Below, in pieces: positions 48,818 through 58,662 of a DNA stretch of 64,000 bases (positions are counted from its first letter, which is position 1; each line of letters begins with the position of its first letter). A program made the translations under genes and the position numbers. The notes under the pieces were generated by a model. It had not been told where the DNA came from. It was given only the letters and a program-made list of their open reading frames with translations, and did not search any database. This stretch comes from an uncultured delta proteobacterium (lineage in GTDB: Bacteria > Myxococcota > B64-G9): assembly GCA_963754925.1 (NCBI GenBank), contig CAVWHX010000004.1, positions 480,001-544,000 on the forward strand, written 5' to 3'.

Positions 48818-50979
48818 GCGTTGCCTCCCGAGCGCCCGCGCCGTCGACGGGTCGCGAAGCGCAAACCGCCATGGATCGTCGAGCCCACGACGACACCGGC
48901 GACAAGCAGTAAGCCCGCGATGTCCAGGGTATTCACCCCTTCCGCGCCGTGTACGTACATCCCTATCGGCTGACGTACCGGTTGAAGCAGAACGCGCCCG
49001 TCCTCGGCCTTGAGAATTGCGCCCCCGAGCGCAGTAGAAGCGTCGCCGACCAATACCGGCAGCACACCACCCGGAGCGAAACTAGCGAGTGTAATTGGTC
49101 GAGACACACGGCTTTCCGCACTATGGCAGGCGGCGCAGTCGCGGACGGCAAGCGTTGTGTCAACTACCGCGTGTGCCATGGTGAAGGGCTGGATTTCCGC
49201 CTGAATGCGCGGTCGATCCACACCAACCGCCGTGAGCCTGGCGGCCACAGCCGCAACCTTGGTTGGATTATCGAGGCGCAGCTCAGCAGCGCTGAGCGTT
49301 CCGTCGCCATTATCGTCGAGAGCGGCGATCACCGCCGGGTGGTAACCGCCTTCCGCGAACAGGGCCCGTTCGAGGTCCAGCCGGCGCACCGGGTGGGGCG
49401 GATCGCCTTCCACCCAGAACCAGGCGGTGTGCAGGGAGTGCGGTTGCAGGCGGCGCACGCCGTCGCGGCTTTCGTGTATCAGCAAGGCCGGGACCTGGCC
49501 GGTCAAGAGGCTAGCCGAATCGTCCACCGGCCCCGCGACGCCCCTGTAATTCTTAAGCGGCTCACGGTCCGGTCCGAGCAGCGTCCAATCGGTGCTCTCC
49601 CGCGTGGGCGCCCAGACCTCCGGAATGTGACAAGAGGCGCAATCGAGGCGGGCGAAGTGAGTGCGTGGAAAAGGCAGGAAGGCATGCACCGCCTCGGCGT
49701 CGTGGCAGTCGCGGCATTCGCGCATAGTGCCGTTGAAACGCCGCGCCACCGTGCCCTGGGCGGTATCGCCTTTGACCAGATCGTGATCCGGCCGGTACAG
49801 ATAGGCTTTCTCGTCCGCGCGCCGGGCGTCGAACAACAGGTGGCTCGGCGGTTCGGATCCGGCCTCCTGCTTGCGATCGTAAGCGGGGTTGTTAGGAGCG
49901 TGGTGACAGTTGGCGCAAGTCACGAGGCGCTCGGCGTGGACGTCCCAGGCAGAGTTAAGACGATTCTTATCGTGCAAATTCATGCCGCTTGCGCGCACGC
50001 GGGCCGGGGAGAACACCGCGCCGGTGGTCTCGGCCGCCCAATTGTCCCGGGAGCTCTGAAACACCACTGGATCGACACAGCGGCAAGCGCGGCCATGGCA
50101 CTGCATACAGTTTTCGGTGCGTGCCCAGCCCAGGCCGAGACGCTCGGCACTCACCGTACCATCCGGGTTGAAGTTTTCAGCCTTCCAGGCGAAACCATCA
50201 CCGTTGCGAGCGACCAAGCCGCTCTGGAGCAAGGTGGCGGTAGAAGCCCAGGAGAAACGGCCCTGGCGCAGCGTTTGGATCCGCGCTTCATTATCCGGAT
50301 TTCTGGCATGGCACAGCAGACAATTGAGCTCCACCGTGCCCGAAGCCTTCCAATCCCAGAGACGCGGTTGCCCCGTGGCGGGGTCGAGCACATGGCTATC
50401 CGGGTCATTTGGGTCTGCGGGCTCACGGCGGTCGAGGGGCTTGCCGTCGATTCGGCTGTGCTCGGCCGGCCCTCCGCCGACATGTCGCGCGCCAAAACGC
50501 TGGATCCACTCCGCCGTCCCTAAATCCAGTCGAGTGGCCCCAGGGGGGCTAAGCCAGCGGTAGACGAATGGATCCCAGCGGCCGAACATTCCCGGGCTCG
50601 AGTCCCAGGGATGCGAAAGCGGCGCTTCCCCCGGACGGGTGAATTCATCCAGGCCAACCAGGGAATGGTAATTGTGGCCGGCAATGAAAGCCGTATCGTG
50701 GCACCGCCCGCACGAGCGCATCAAAGACAGCGGCCTGCCGGAATGCAGCACCTGATTTCCGGCGTCATCCAGTAACGGCACCGCCGGGTGAATGTCGGGG
50801 AGATTCTCGCGGGGCGGCGGGCCCACTCGTCGAATACTCACCGGGGGCGGCTCGGCCGGATGGGCGGGCGCGGAAGAGTTCTCCGGCGCGACGGACAAGA
50901 CTGACGGCGGCTCGGCAGCCGAGGCCCGCAGGGCCATAAAAGCGATCCCGAAAAGCGCCTTGACGACGGTTCGGGTCAT
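48814..50979 (-). CDS. Heptaheme c-type cytochrome with C-terminal TM anchor
   Basis: CxxCH x7 (CGRCH, CLLCH, CMQCH, CANCH, CRDCH, CASCH, CAACH); signal peptide; ATGA coupling. Confidence 0.88.
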   Translation of the reverse strand: MTRTVVKALFGIAFMALRASAAEPPSVLSVAPENSSAPAHPAEPPPVSIRRVGPPPRENLPDIHPAVPLLDDAGNQVLHSGRPLSLMRSCGRCHDTAFIAGHNYHSLVGLDEFTRPGEAPLSHPWDSSPGMFGRWDPFVYRWLSPPGATRLDLGTAEWIQRFGARHVGGGPAEHSRIDGKPLDRREPADPNDPDSHVLDPATGQPRLWDWKASGTVELNCLLCHARNPDNEARIQTLRQGRFSWASTATLLQSGLVARNGDGFAWKAENFNPDGTVSAERLGLGWARTENCMQCHGRACRCVDPVVFQSSRDNWAAETTGAVFSPARVRASGMNLHDKNRLNSAWDVHAERLVTCANCHHAPNNPAYDRKQEAGSEPPSHLLFDARRADEKAYLYRPDHDLVKGDTAQGTVARRFNGTMRECRDCHDAEAVHAFLPFPRTHFARLDCASCHIPEVWAPTRESTDWTLLGPDREPLKNYRGVAGPVDDSASLLTGQVPALLIHESRDGVRRLQPHSLHTAWFWVEGDPPHPVRRLDLERALFAEGGYHPAVIAALDDNGDGTLSAAELRLDNPTKVAAVAARLTAVGVDRPRIQAEIQPFTMAHAVVDTTLAVRDCAACHSAESRVSRPITLASFAPGGVLPVLVGDASTALGGAILKAEDGRVLLQPVRQPIGMYVHGAEGVNTLDIAGLLLVAGVVVGSTIHGGLRFATRRRRGRSGGNA

Positions 50980-52448
50980 TGGCGGACCTCCGCTGCCGCC
51001 GGGTCGGCGACCACCAAACGGCGCGCCTCCCGCCCGCCGAGCTGGGCAGGGTCGCCCGGATAGCCGAGGGCCTGCCAGTCCATACGGCCGCCATCGGCGT
51101 GGCAATCGGAGCACCGGAGGCTGCGCTCCTTGGGCGCCACCATGTGAGTCAGGTTGTAAACCATCTCGGTCTCGGCGAAACCAAAGACACCGCTATAGGG
51201 CAGACCGGAGGCCTCGGCGCCCAGCTTGAGCGAGCGGGCCCAGTCGAACGTCGTCCAGTAGCCATCGGGGCCGGCAGTCTTCGGGATCAGCAGGATCCTG
51301 TTCTCCACGTCGTAGGGCTGCTTGCCGCGGTGCACCTTGAATGGCCAGATACGCGCGCGGGGGTCGTGGATATCGCCTAACGGCCGGTCGAGCTGCGTGA
51401 CGCCCGCGGGATCGATGGGATCTCCCTTGATGTAGCGGGCGGCGTTGCCGTTGAACCAGCGGTACTCGGGTACCAGGCCCTGGACGTACACGAAGGAGCC
51501 CTTTATTTTAAGGTAGTGGTGAGGATCGGCGTCGGATACGTCCCGGCCGGCGGTGGACCAGTCCCAGGCGACCTTGGTCGGCATGCTCCGCGCCACCTCC
51601 GGCAGGTGGCAGGTCTGGCAGGCGACCGCCGACAGATGGTTGTTGATGCGGGCGTCGCGGTGGGGTTGCGCTGCATGGCAGTTGGTGCAACCGATCGGCA
51701 GGCTGTCGGTGGCGCTTACCGAGATCATCTTTCCCAGAATGCGGTGGTGAGACGCGCGGTGGCACTCCGTGCACGAGAAGTCTTCCCGGCCCATGTGCAC
51801 GTCGATGCGCTCGTAGGGCTTGGCCAGCGAGCCGTCAAGGTCGCCGTGCTTGACTGCATCGCTGCCGCCGCCGTTGAAGTGGCAGGAGCCGCAATTGTCC
51901 CGGCCGGGCCGGCCGACGCTTTGAGCCGCCGCCATCAGATCCACCCCATTCGCCGGCAGCCCGGCGTCGCCTTTGCTGTAACCCCCCGAGCGGTCGTGGC
52001 ACGACAGGCAATCGACCAAGTCCTGCCGCGCGAAATCGAACGACGCGTCGCGCCAACCGTAGCCGGCATGGCAGATAGTGCATTTCGGCCAATTGCTTTC
52101 GATGCCGATGCAGAAATTATTGATGAGGTTGCGCTTGCCGATGCGCAGCGGCTTGGCGTGACCGGGGACTTTCTCGGGGTCGCCAAGCCACAGCCAGTGG
52201 GACGTTTGCATCACCTCTGCTGCGGCCTGCGGGTGGCACTCCAGGCAGGCCCGGGTGACCGAGGGACCATCGGATAGGATCTTACCTTCAAATAATCGGT
52301 GGTGATCAGTGGGGGCTGTCTTGAGTCGCACCTGATCGCGAGGGCGATCCTCTTCCGCCTCTGCGGAAGAAAACGCCCAAAATCCCAGGCCCCCGACCAG
52401 CACAACAGCTAGGCCCGCTCCTATCCAACGCATTATTGTGCGGATCAT
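50976..52448 (-). CDS. Octaheme tetrathionate reductase (OTR) family cytochrome c
   Basis: CxxCH x8; GKRNLINNFC, CHAGYGW, GGGSDAVKHGD, WDWSTAG, HMVAPK. Confidence 0.92.
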   Translation of the reverse strand: MIRTIMRWIGAGLAVVLVGGLGFWAFSSAEAEEDRPRDQVRLKTAPTDHHRLFEGKILSDGPSVTRACLECHPQAAAEVMQTSHWLWLGDPEKVPGHAKPLRIGKRNLINNFCIGIESNWPKCTICHAGYGWRDASFDFARQDLVDCLSCHDRSGGYSKGDAGLPANGVDLMAAAQSVGRPGRDNCGSCHFNGGGSDAVKHGDLDGSLAKPYERIDVHMGREDFSCTECHRASHHRILGKMISVSATDSLPIGCTNCHAAQPHRDARINNHLSAVACQTCHLPEVARSMPTKVAWDWSTAGRDVSDADPHHYLKIKGSFVYVQGLVPEYRWFNGNAARYIKGDPIDPAGVTQLDRPLGDIHDPRARIWPFKVHRGKQPYDVENRILLIPKTAGPDGYWTTFDWARSLKLGAEASGLPYSGVFGFAETEMVYNLTHMVAPKERSLRCSDCHADGGRMDWQALGYPGDPAQLGGREARRLVVADPAAAEVRQ

Positions 52449-52792
52449 ACACCCCTCTTTTGGCCCCGATGTTCCTGCACGCAACCCTCCAGGCAACGCA
52501 CCAACGTACGGAGGCGTGGTTCAGCCAGCCGGTAGCGGGCGAAGCCGCTCGTGCGGCGCACCCGAACGAGGTCTCTCATGCGCAGCAGACGCAGCTGCTG
52601 CGAGACGATGGCCTGCGGCACGCCCAACCGCTCGGCCAGGCCACCGACGTTCTGATCGCCCGCGCATAAAATAGCCACGATGCGCAGTCGCAGCGGATGA
52701 GCGATGGCCTTGAGAAGCTCGGCGCCGAAGTCGCAGCCATCGGTATCATCACACAGGATGGCGCCCCGACAATCGGTTTTGACTATGCTCAC
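52445..52792 (-). CDS. ArsR/SmtB family repressor, Cys-rich (BigR/SqrR-like)
   Basis: LLKAIAHPLRLRIV, SQQLRLLR; Cys in AILC and CLEGC. Confidence 0.88.
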   Translation of the reverse strand: MSIVKTDCRGAILCDDTDGCDFGAELLKAIAHPLRLRIVAILCAGDQNVGGLAERLGVPQAIVSQQLRLLRMRDLVRVRRTSGFARYRLAEPRLRTLVRCLEGCVQEHRGQKRGV

Positions 52793-52808
52793 AAGCCATC
52801 TCCTATTA

Positions 52809-52852
52809 ATATATCAATATCTCTATATATCTATTATTATACTCAATGTCAA
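52809..52852 (-). promoter_or_regulatory. Promoter and putative ArsR operator of the sulfur operon
   Basis: Minus strand TTGACA-17bp-TATATA; ATATAT-N10-ATATAT at 52809-52830 covers the -10 and start region. Confidence 0.65.
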
Positions 52853-53035
52853 GAGCAGCGATCGAGGGTCGTCGAGGGGCCCAGATAAGTTTACCGGTGA
52901 GTTGCACAATACGGCAGATCTCTTGTAGAAGTAGGTTTGGTCTTGAAGCGTCTATTCAACCGGCAAAACGGCTCGTGGTGCCTGCCGAAGCAAGACGCTT
53001 GGTGTTAGTTCTGAATTCATTTTCACGAGGTAGAA

Positions 53036-55448
53036 ATGGAGCTTAAAGAAACATCAGCTTACAAAACAGTTTCTCCCGAGGAAACACTCAATCTTCTCGA
53101 GACGACGGCCGAAGGTCTTTCTGAATCAGAGGCGGAACGCAGACAGAATGACTTCGGGCGGAATGAAGTGACCGAAAAACGGCGCAGCGCGGTGTTGGAT
53201 TTTTTTTCGCGATTTTGGGGGCCGATGCCGTGGTTGCTGGAGCTCACGATGATTCTTTCCTATGCCTTGGGTCACATCCTTGAGGCGGTCATCATTCTTA
53301 CCTTGCTGAGTATCAACGCGGGCATCGGGTTTTGGAACGAGCGGAATTCCCGCAATGCTCTGGAACTCTTGAAAAGCAAACTTTCGGTCTTCACGAATGT
53401 CCGGCGCGACGGGCGATGGGTGAAGAAAAGCGCCAGAAACTTGGTTCCCGGCGATATTGCGGAAATTGGCTTGGGGGAAATCGTTGCGGCGGATCTGAAA
53501 CTGATCGGCGGCGAAGTATCAGTCGACCAATCCGCGTTGACCGGGGAGTCATTGCCGACGACGATATCCCGATCCGACCTGGCCTATTCCGGCTCGATCA
53601 TCAAGCGCGGCGAAGCGCAAGGTGTGGTGCTGAACATAGGGATGAAAACCTACTTCGGTAAAACGGCTGAATTGGTTAAAACCGCCCGGTCCGCATCCCA
53701 CCAGAAGCAACTCATGCTCAAGGTGATCCAGTACATGCTGTACGTGGGCATAGGCGCGACCCTGCTCATTGTTGGTGATGCACTGCTGGTGGAAACCAGT
53801 CTTGTGACCATTCTGAACATCGGCCTGATTTTCCTCCTGGGCGCCGTTCCGGTGGCGTTGCCGGCGGTCTTCACTGTGGTGCTGGCCGCCGGCGCGCTGG
53901 AGCTTTCCCGCAACGCCGCATTGGTGACGAAACTCAGCGCTATCGAAGACGCCGCCTCCATGACCATCCTGTGCCTCGACAAAACAGGAACCATTACGCA
54001 AAACAGACTGGCTATCGCGGAACCGGTGCCCTTTGAAGGCTCTCGGACCGAGGATGTGGTCGTGGCGGCGGACAGAGCCACAGGTGATCAGAGCCAGGAT
54101 ATTATCGACGTAGCGGTAAAGGAGTATGCCCGCAGCCTGGCTTTGGATCGGGGCTACACGCAACTATCCTTTACGCCTTTTGATCCCGCCAGTAAGCGGT
54201 CGGAAGCCGTTGTGGAAACGAATGGAAGGCGCTACCGAGCGGTCAAAGGGGCGGCGCACGTAGTGGTGTCCCTGTGTCCGGGCATAGATGCCGCTAAGCG
54301 CGCTGTTATCGAGAACCAGGTGCAGGATTTGTCCCGGAACGGCTATCGCGTGCTGGGGGTGGCGTGCTCCGAGGAAGCGGATCCGAACGGCCTTAAGTTC
54401 GTTGGTCTGCTGCCGCTTTCAGACCCGCCGCGACTGGATTCGAAGGCCATGATCGAGGAAATGCAGCGTCTGGGCATTAAGGTCAAGATGCTGACCGGGG
54501 ACAACCTGTCCATTGCGCGGGAGATCGCGCGCCATGTTTCGGTGGGTGATGCGATCATCCGCATGACGGAGTTGAACAACTTAAGCGAAGCCGAGCAGGT
54601 CGAGGCCTTGGAACGCAGCGACGGGGTGGCCGAAATCTACCCGGAAGATAAGCATCGTATCGTCAAGCTGCTCCAGACTCGGGGTTACATAGTCGGCATG
54701 ACCGGAGACGGCGTCAACGATGCTCCCGCTCTCAAACAGGCGGAGGTCGGCATCGCGGTCAGCAGCGCCACCGATGTAGCCAAGGCTGCTGCCAGCATCG
54801 TCCTGACCGAGCCCGGCCTGCAGGCCATCGCAGCGGCGATAAAGAACAGCCGGCGGATCTACCAACGCATGTTGTCGTGGTTAATCAACAAGGTCACCAA
54901 GGTGGTGCAGTTCGTGGGACTGGTGATGGCGGGTTTTTTTAATTTGGCATGAGGTTCTGATCAGCACCCTGGGTATGGTGCTGTTGGTCTTCGCAAATGA
55001 TTTCATCACCATGTCGTTGGCAACTGATCGCGTTACCAGCACCGCTAGTCCGAACATTTGGAACGTCAAGAAGATCACGCTTGCTTCGCTGGCGTTGGGG
55101 CTGCCGCTAGCAGTGCAGGGACTGCTGGCCGCCATAGCTGGCCGAGACCTGTTTCGCTTGCCCCTGTCCGGACTTCAGAGCTTTGTGCTGCTGACGTTGG
55201 TATTTACCAGTATACTCAAGATATTCATCATCAGGGAACGACGACATTTTTGGTCATCCAAACCCGGGAGCGCGCTGCTGCTGGCAGGTACTGCAACCGT
55301 GGTCGCGTTTGTGCTTTTGGGAGTATTTGGTTTTATTATTCCGTCCCTCACGCCGATCCAAGTCATAAGCGTGTTCCTGTTTTCGGCGGTATTTGTGTTT
55401 CTGCTGGATTTTCCTAAATACTATCTCTTCCAAAAATATGGCTTATAG
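53036..55448 (+). CDS. Plasma-membrane proton-efflux P-type ATPase (type IIIA), frameshifted at the T7 run 54934-54940
   Basis: FWGPMPW, DQSALTGES, PVALP, DKTGT, PFDP, GDGVNDAPALK; FAND in the downstream frame. Confidence 0.9.
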
Positions 55449-55539
55449 TCTTCACCCTTCAATATTCCGCTTCCCGCACGCTTTGTCCTGTAGGCCTAAG
55501 CCCCTGTCGGTTGGTCACCACCGGGCCCAGCGATAAGGC

Positions 55540-58500
55540 TCAGCTCACATGGGCGGTCATATTCTTCATTTCATCTTCCGGTCGCTTGGCAAAGACCAAA
55601 AACATAATCGGCACCAGAAATAGCGAGAGAATCGTTGACGAGGCTAGGCCACCTACGACTGCGAGCGCGAGCGGTCGGTTGGATGCCGTCGACGCTTCCA
55701 GGCCCAAGGCAGTGGGCAGCAAGCCGCTGATGGTGGCAAGACTTGTCATTACGATGGGAATGAAACGGACGCGCGCGGCCGAAACAACAGCCTCGACTTT
55801 GTGCATACCTTCCACGAAGCGCCGGTTCGCCTCATCGACGAGGAGAATCCCGTTTGACATGGCAATGCCGATGACCATCAGCATGCCCATCAACGCGGTG
55901 ATCGAAAAGCCTTGGCCCGCGGTCATTAGTGCAAGAACGATCCCAATCAGCGAGGCGGGAATGGTAAACAGCATCACTAACGGCAGTCGGAGCGACTTGA
56001 ATTGCGACGCCATCACCATGAAAACCACCATCACCGCCAGACCAATCGCCACCCCGAGTCCCGAAAAAGTGGTGCGCATGAGGTCGACCTGGCCCACGAA
56101 GCGGAACGGCATATTGCGAGTGGCAGGATCTTTGAGGAGTCTTTGCTCCAGCTCATCGGCGGCGCTGCCGATATCACGGCCCTCCGTCTGCATGAGCACG
56201 TGCGCAGCGCGTTCGAGCTGGTTGCGCTCGATGGCAATGGGTCCCGTTGACCGGTGCACGTCGGCATAGGCACCGAGTGTGACGGTCCTATCGCTCTCGC
56301 TGATTTTCACCGGCAGGCGGGATAGCGCCGCCGGATCGCTCACATCCGTGCCGCTGTAAGAGGTAACGACATAGTACGACTGGCCGTTGGCGCTGTCGAT
56401 CCAGACACTCGGTGTGTTGATGTTGCCGAGGGTTGCTTCCAGAGTCGTTTGGGCCGCGCCCCTCGAGCTGACGCCGACCAGGCTCGCCATCGTCCGGTCG
56501 GTGTCCACGTGCACTTCGGGATAGTCCACTTGCAGCGAAGGATAGATATCGCGAATGCCGGGGACGGTGCGGGCGACTTCGGCGACCGCGGTCGACCTGT
56601 CCGCAAGCTCATTGAGATCTTCGCCGCGGATCTCCACCACCAGGGGAACGAGGTAGCCGTTGGAAAAGACACTGGCGACCAGGCCTCCCGGCGCCTGCAA
56701 GAATTCCACGCCCGGATAATCGCGCACCAGAATCTGGCGCATTTTATCCGCAATCTCGCGCTGAGAGAGGCTTCTTTTGTCGGGGTCGACAAGCGCCAGG
56801 CTGATAAACCCCATATGGGGACCGGCGTTGGGGCTGGTCATGGCGCTGCGTACGTTCTGCGGCGATCCGACATTGGTGAGGACAAGCTCCACGTTGCCGG
56901 CTGGAAGCTCCTTGGCAAGCGTAGCACCCATTTCGGTCATCATTTTTGCCGCCGTCGCCAACGACGTGCCAGGCGCGACGCGGACGTAGACCGTTTCCTC
57001 CAATTCGTCAATTTCCGGAAAGAACGTGCTCGGCAAGTGACTCGCCGTCCAGATCGCGGCGATAACTAGGATGGCAACTGCACCAATAAACCATGCCCGC
57101 CACTCGAGAACCCCGCGCAGAATCGACGCATAGCCGTCAGCGACGCGCCCGATTATTGCGGAGGTCCGCTTTGCCAACTTTCCGGGCTTGGGGCGGCTGA
57201 GAAAGTAGCGGCACGCCAGCGGCGTCACTAGCATGCTGACCAAGTAACCGGCGAGCATTGCGCAGGCGACGGTCAATGCAAGCGGCGCAAACAGTCTTTT
57301 TGCCAGACCCACGAGCAGCAGCACCGGCAACAATACCGCGACGGTGGTGAGGGTTGCTGCAAGCGCCGGAATGGCGACCGCGTTGGTCCCTTCCAGCGCT
57401 GCGGCCGCAACCGTGCGGTCGCCGTGCTGGTGCCGGTGGATCGATTCGAGAACGACGACCGAAATATCCACCAGCGGTCCCATGGCAAGCGTCAGACCGC
57501 CGAGCGTAAAGGCGTTGAGCGTCTGATCGGTCGCGTAGAGGACAAGCAGGACAATCGCGAACGAAATGGGAATTGCGACGGCGGCAATGAGCATTGCACG
57601 CGCATTCTGAAGAAAGATCAGAATGACAATGGATATGAGGATCAGTGCTTGAAAGATCTCGCGTTTGAGCCCGGAGTAGGTGTTCCGGACAAAGGTCGAC
57701 TGGTCGAAAATCGCCTTGACTTCGACCCCGGCCGGCAGATTTTTCAGGTTCTTGACCACCTCTTTGACCGCATCGACGATCTCGATCGTATTGCCCCCCG
57801 GAATGCGCAAGACGTTCAGATACACGGCGTCCTGACCGTTCACCTTTACGTTCTGAGTTTCCGGGGAGCCGCCGTCTTCAACGCGCGCGACGTCGCTAAT
57901 GAGCACGGGCTTGCCGTTTACAACCTTTACCGCGGCATCGCCGATGTCGCTCACACGCTTGGCAACGGCGTTGGTGTAGACATTGGCGTCGAACTTGTCG
58001 GAGATAAACTCGCCGGACGGCAGCAGGGCGTTAGATTTGGCAACGGCGGCCGCCACGTCGCTGGAAGTAAGGCCGCGCGTTTGCGCTTTTACCTGGTTGA
58101 CGATGACATTGATTTGTCGTTGTTGCCCGCCGTTGACGGAGGCGCTCGCCACGCCCGGGATCCCCTCGAACAGCGGCTCCACGTAGTTTTGGGCATAGTC
58201 GTATAATTGTGCGCCCGTCAGGTTGCCGCCGGAGACCGTAACCTGAATCACCGGCGCGTTCGAAGGGTCGTACTGGAGGACGAACGGCGGCAGGACACCC
58301 AGCGACTTGGGAACCGCCGACATGGCGAATGCAACTTGCTGCTGGACGAGCGTTTGCGAGGAGTTCAGATCGACTCCCCATTTGAACCAGACGTAGGCGA
58401 TGCTCAGATTGTTGCGCGAAACGCTTTCGACGTGCTCGACACCCGGCGTCGCGCTCACGTACTTCTCGATGCGCCAGGAGATGGTTTTTTCGACGTCTTT

Positions 58501-58662
58501 GGGGCCGAGCCCCGGTGCAAGCGTGCCCACAATCAGTACGGGCGGCGTCAGCTCTGGAAACGTGTCCACGCTCATCCGCGGGGTGACGACCACGGAAAAA
58601 ACAATGACCCCAATGCACACCATGAGGATGGCAATGGGGTTAGCGAGCGACAGCCGCGTCAT
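55540..58662 (-). CDS. RND efflux permease (AcrB family)
   Basis: 1040 aa, two large periplasmic loops, FDQS, RFIPIVMTSLAT, PLALAVVGG. Confidence 0.93.
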   Translation of the reverse strand: MTRLSLANPIAILMVCIGVIVFSVVVTPRMSVDTFPELTPPVLIVGTLAPGLGPKDVEKTISWRIEKYVSATPGVEHVESVSRNNLSIAYVWFKWGVDLNSSQTLVQQQVAFAMSAVPKSLGVLPPFVLQYDPSNAPVIQVTVSGGNLTGAQLYDYAQNYVEPLFEGIPGVASASVNGGQQRQINVIVNQVKAQTRGLTSSDVAAAVAKSNALLPSGEFISDKFDANVYTNAVAKRVSDIGDAAVKVVNGKPVLISDVARVEDGGSPETQNVKVNGQDAVYLNVLRIPGGNTIEIVDAVKEVVKNLKNLPAGVEVKAIFDQSTFVRNTYSGLKREIFQALILISIVILIFLQNARAMLIAAVAIPISFAIVLLVLYATDQTLNAFTLGGLTLAMGPLVDISVVVLESIHRHQHGDRTVAAAALEGTNAVAIPALAATLTTVAVLLPVLLLVGLAKRLFAPLALTVACAMLAGYLVSMLVTPLACRYFLSRPKPGKLAKRTSAIIGRVADGYASILRGVLEWRAWFIGAVAILVIAAIWTASHLPSTFFPEIDELEETVYVRVAPGTSLATAAKMMTEMGATLAKELPAGNVELVLTNVGSPQNVRSAMTSPNAGPHMGFISLALVDPDKRSLSQREIADKMRQILVRDYPGVEFLQAPGGLVASVFSNGYLVPLVVEIRGEDLNELADRSTAVAEVARTVPGIRDIYPSLQVDYPEVHVDTDRTMASLVGVSSRGAAQTTLEATLGNINTPSVWIDSANGQSYYVVTSYSGTDVSDPAALSRLPVKISESDRTVTLGAYADVHRSTGPIAIERNQLERAAHVLMQTEGRDIGSAADELEQRLLKDPATRNMPFRFVGQVDLMRTTFSGLGVAIGLAVMVVFMVMASQFKSLRLPLVMLFTIPASLIGIVLALMTAGQGFSITALMGMLMVIGIAMSNGILLVDEANRRFVEGMHKVEAVVSAARVRFIPIVMTSLATISGLLPTALGLEASTASNRPLALAVVGGLASSTILSLFLVPIMFLVFAKRPEDEMKNMTAHVS

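Noticed and set aside
48949..50523. Long antisense ORFs (524 aa here; also 19670-20770, 57424-58206, 61246-62262)
   Set aside because: Shadow frames opposite well-supported GC-rich genes, with no motifs
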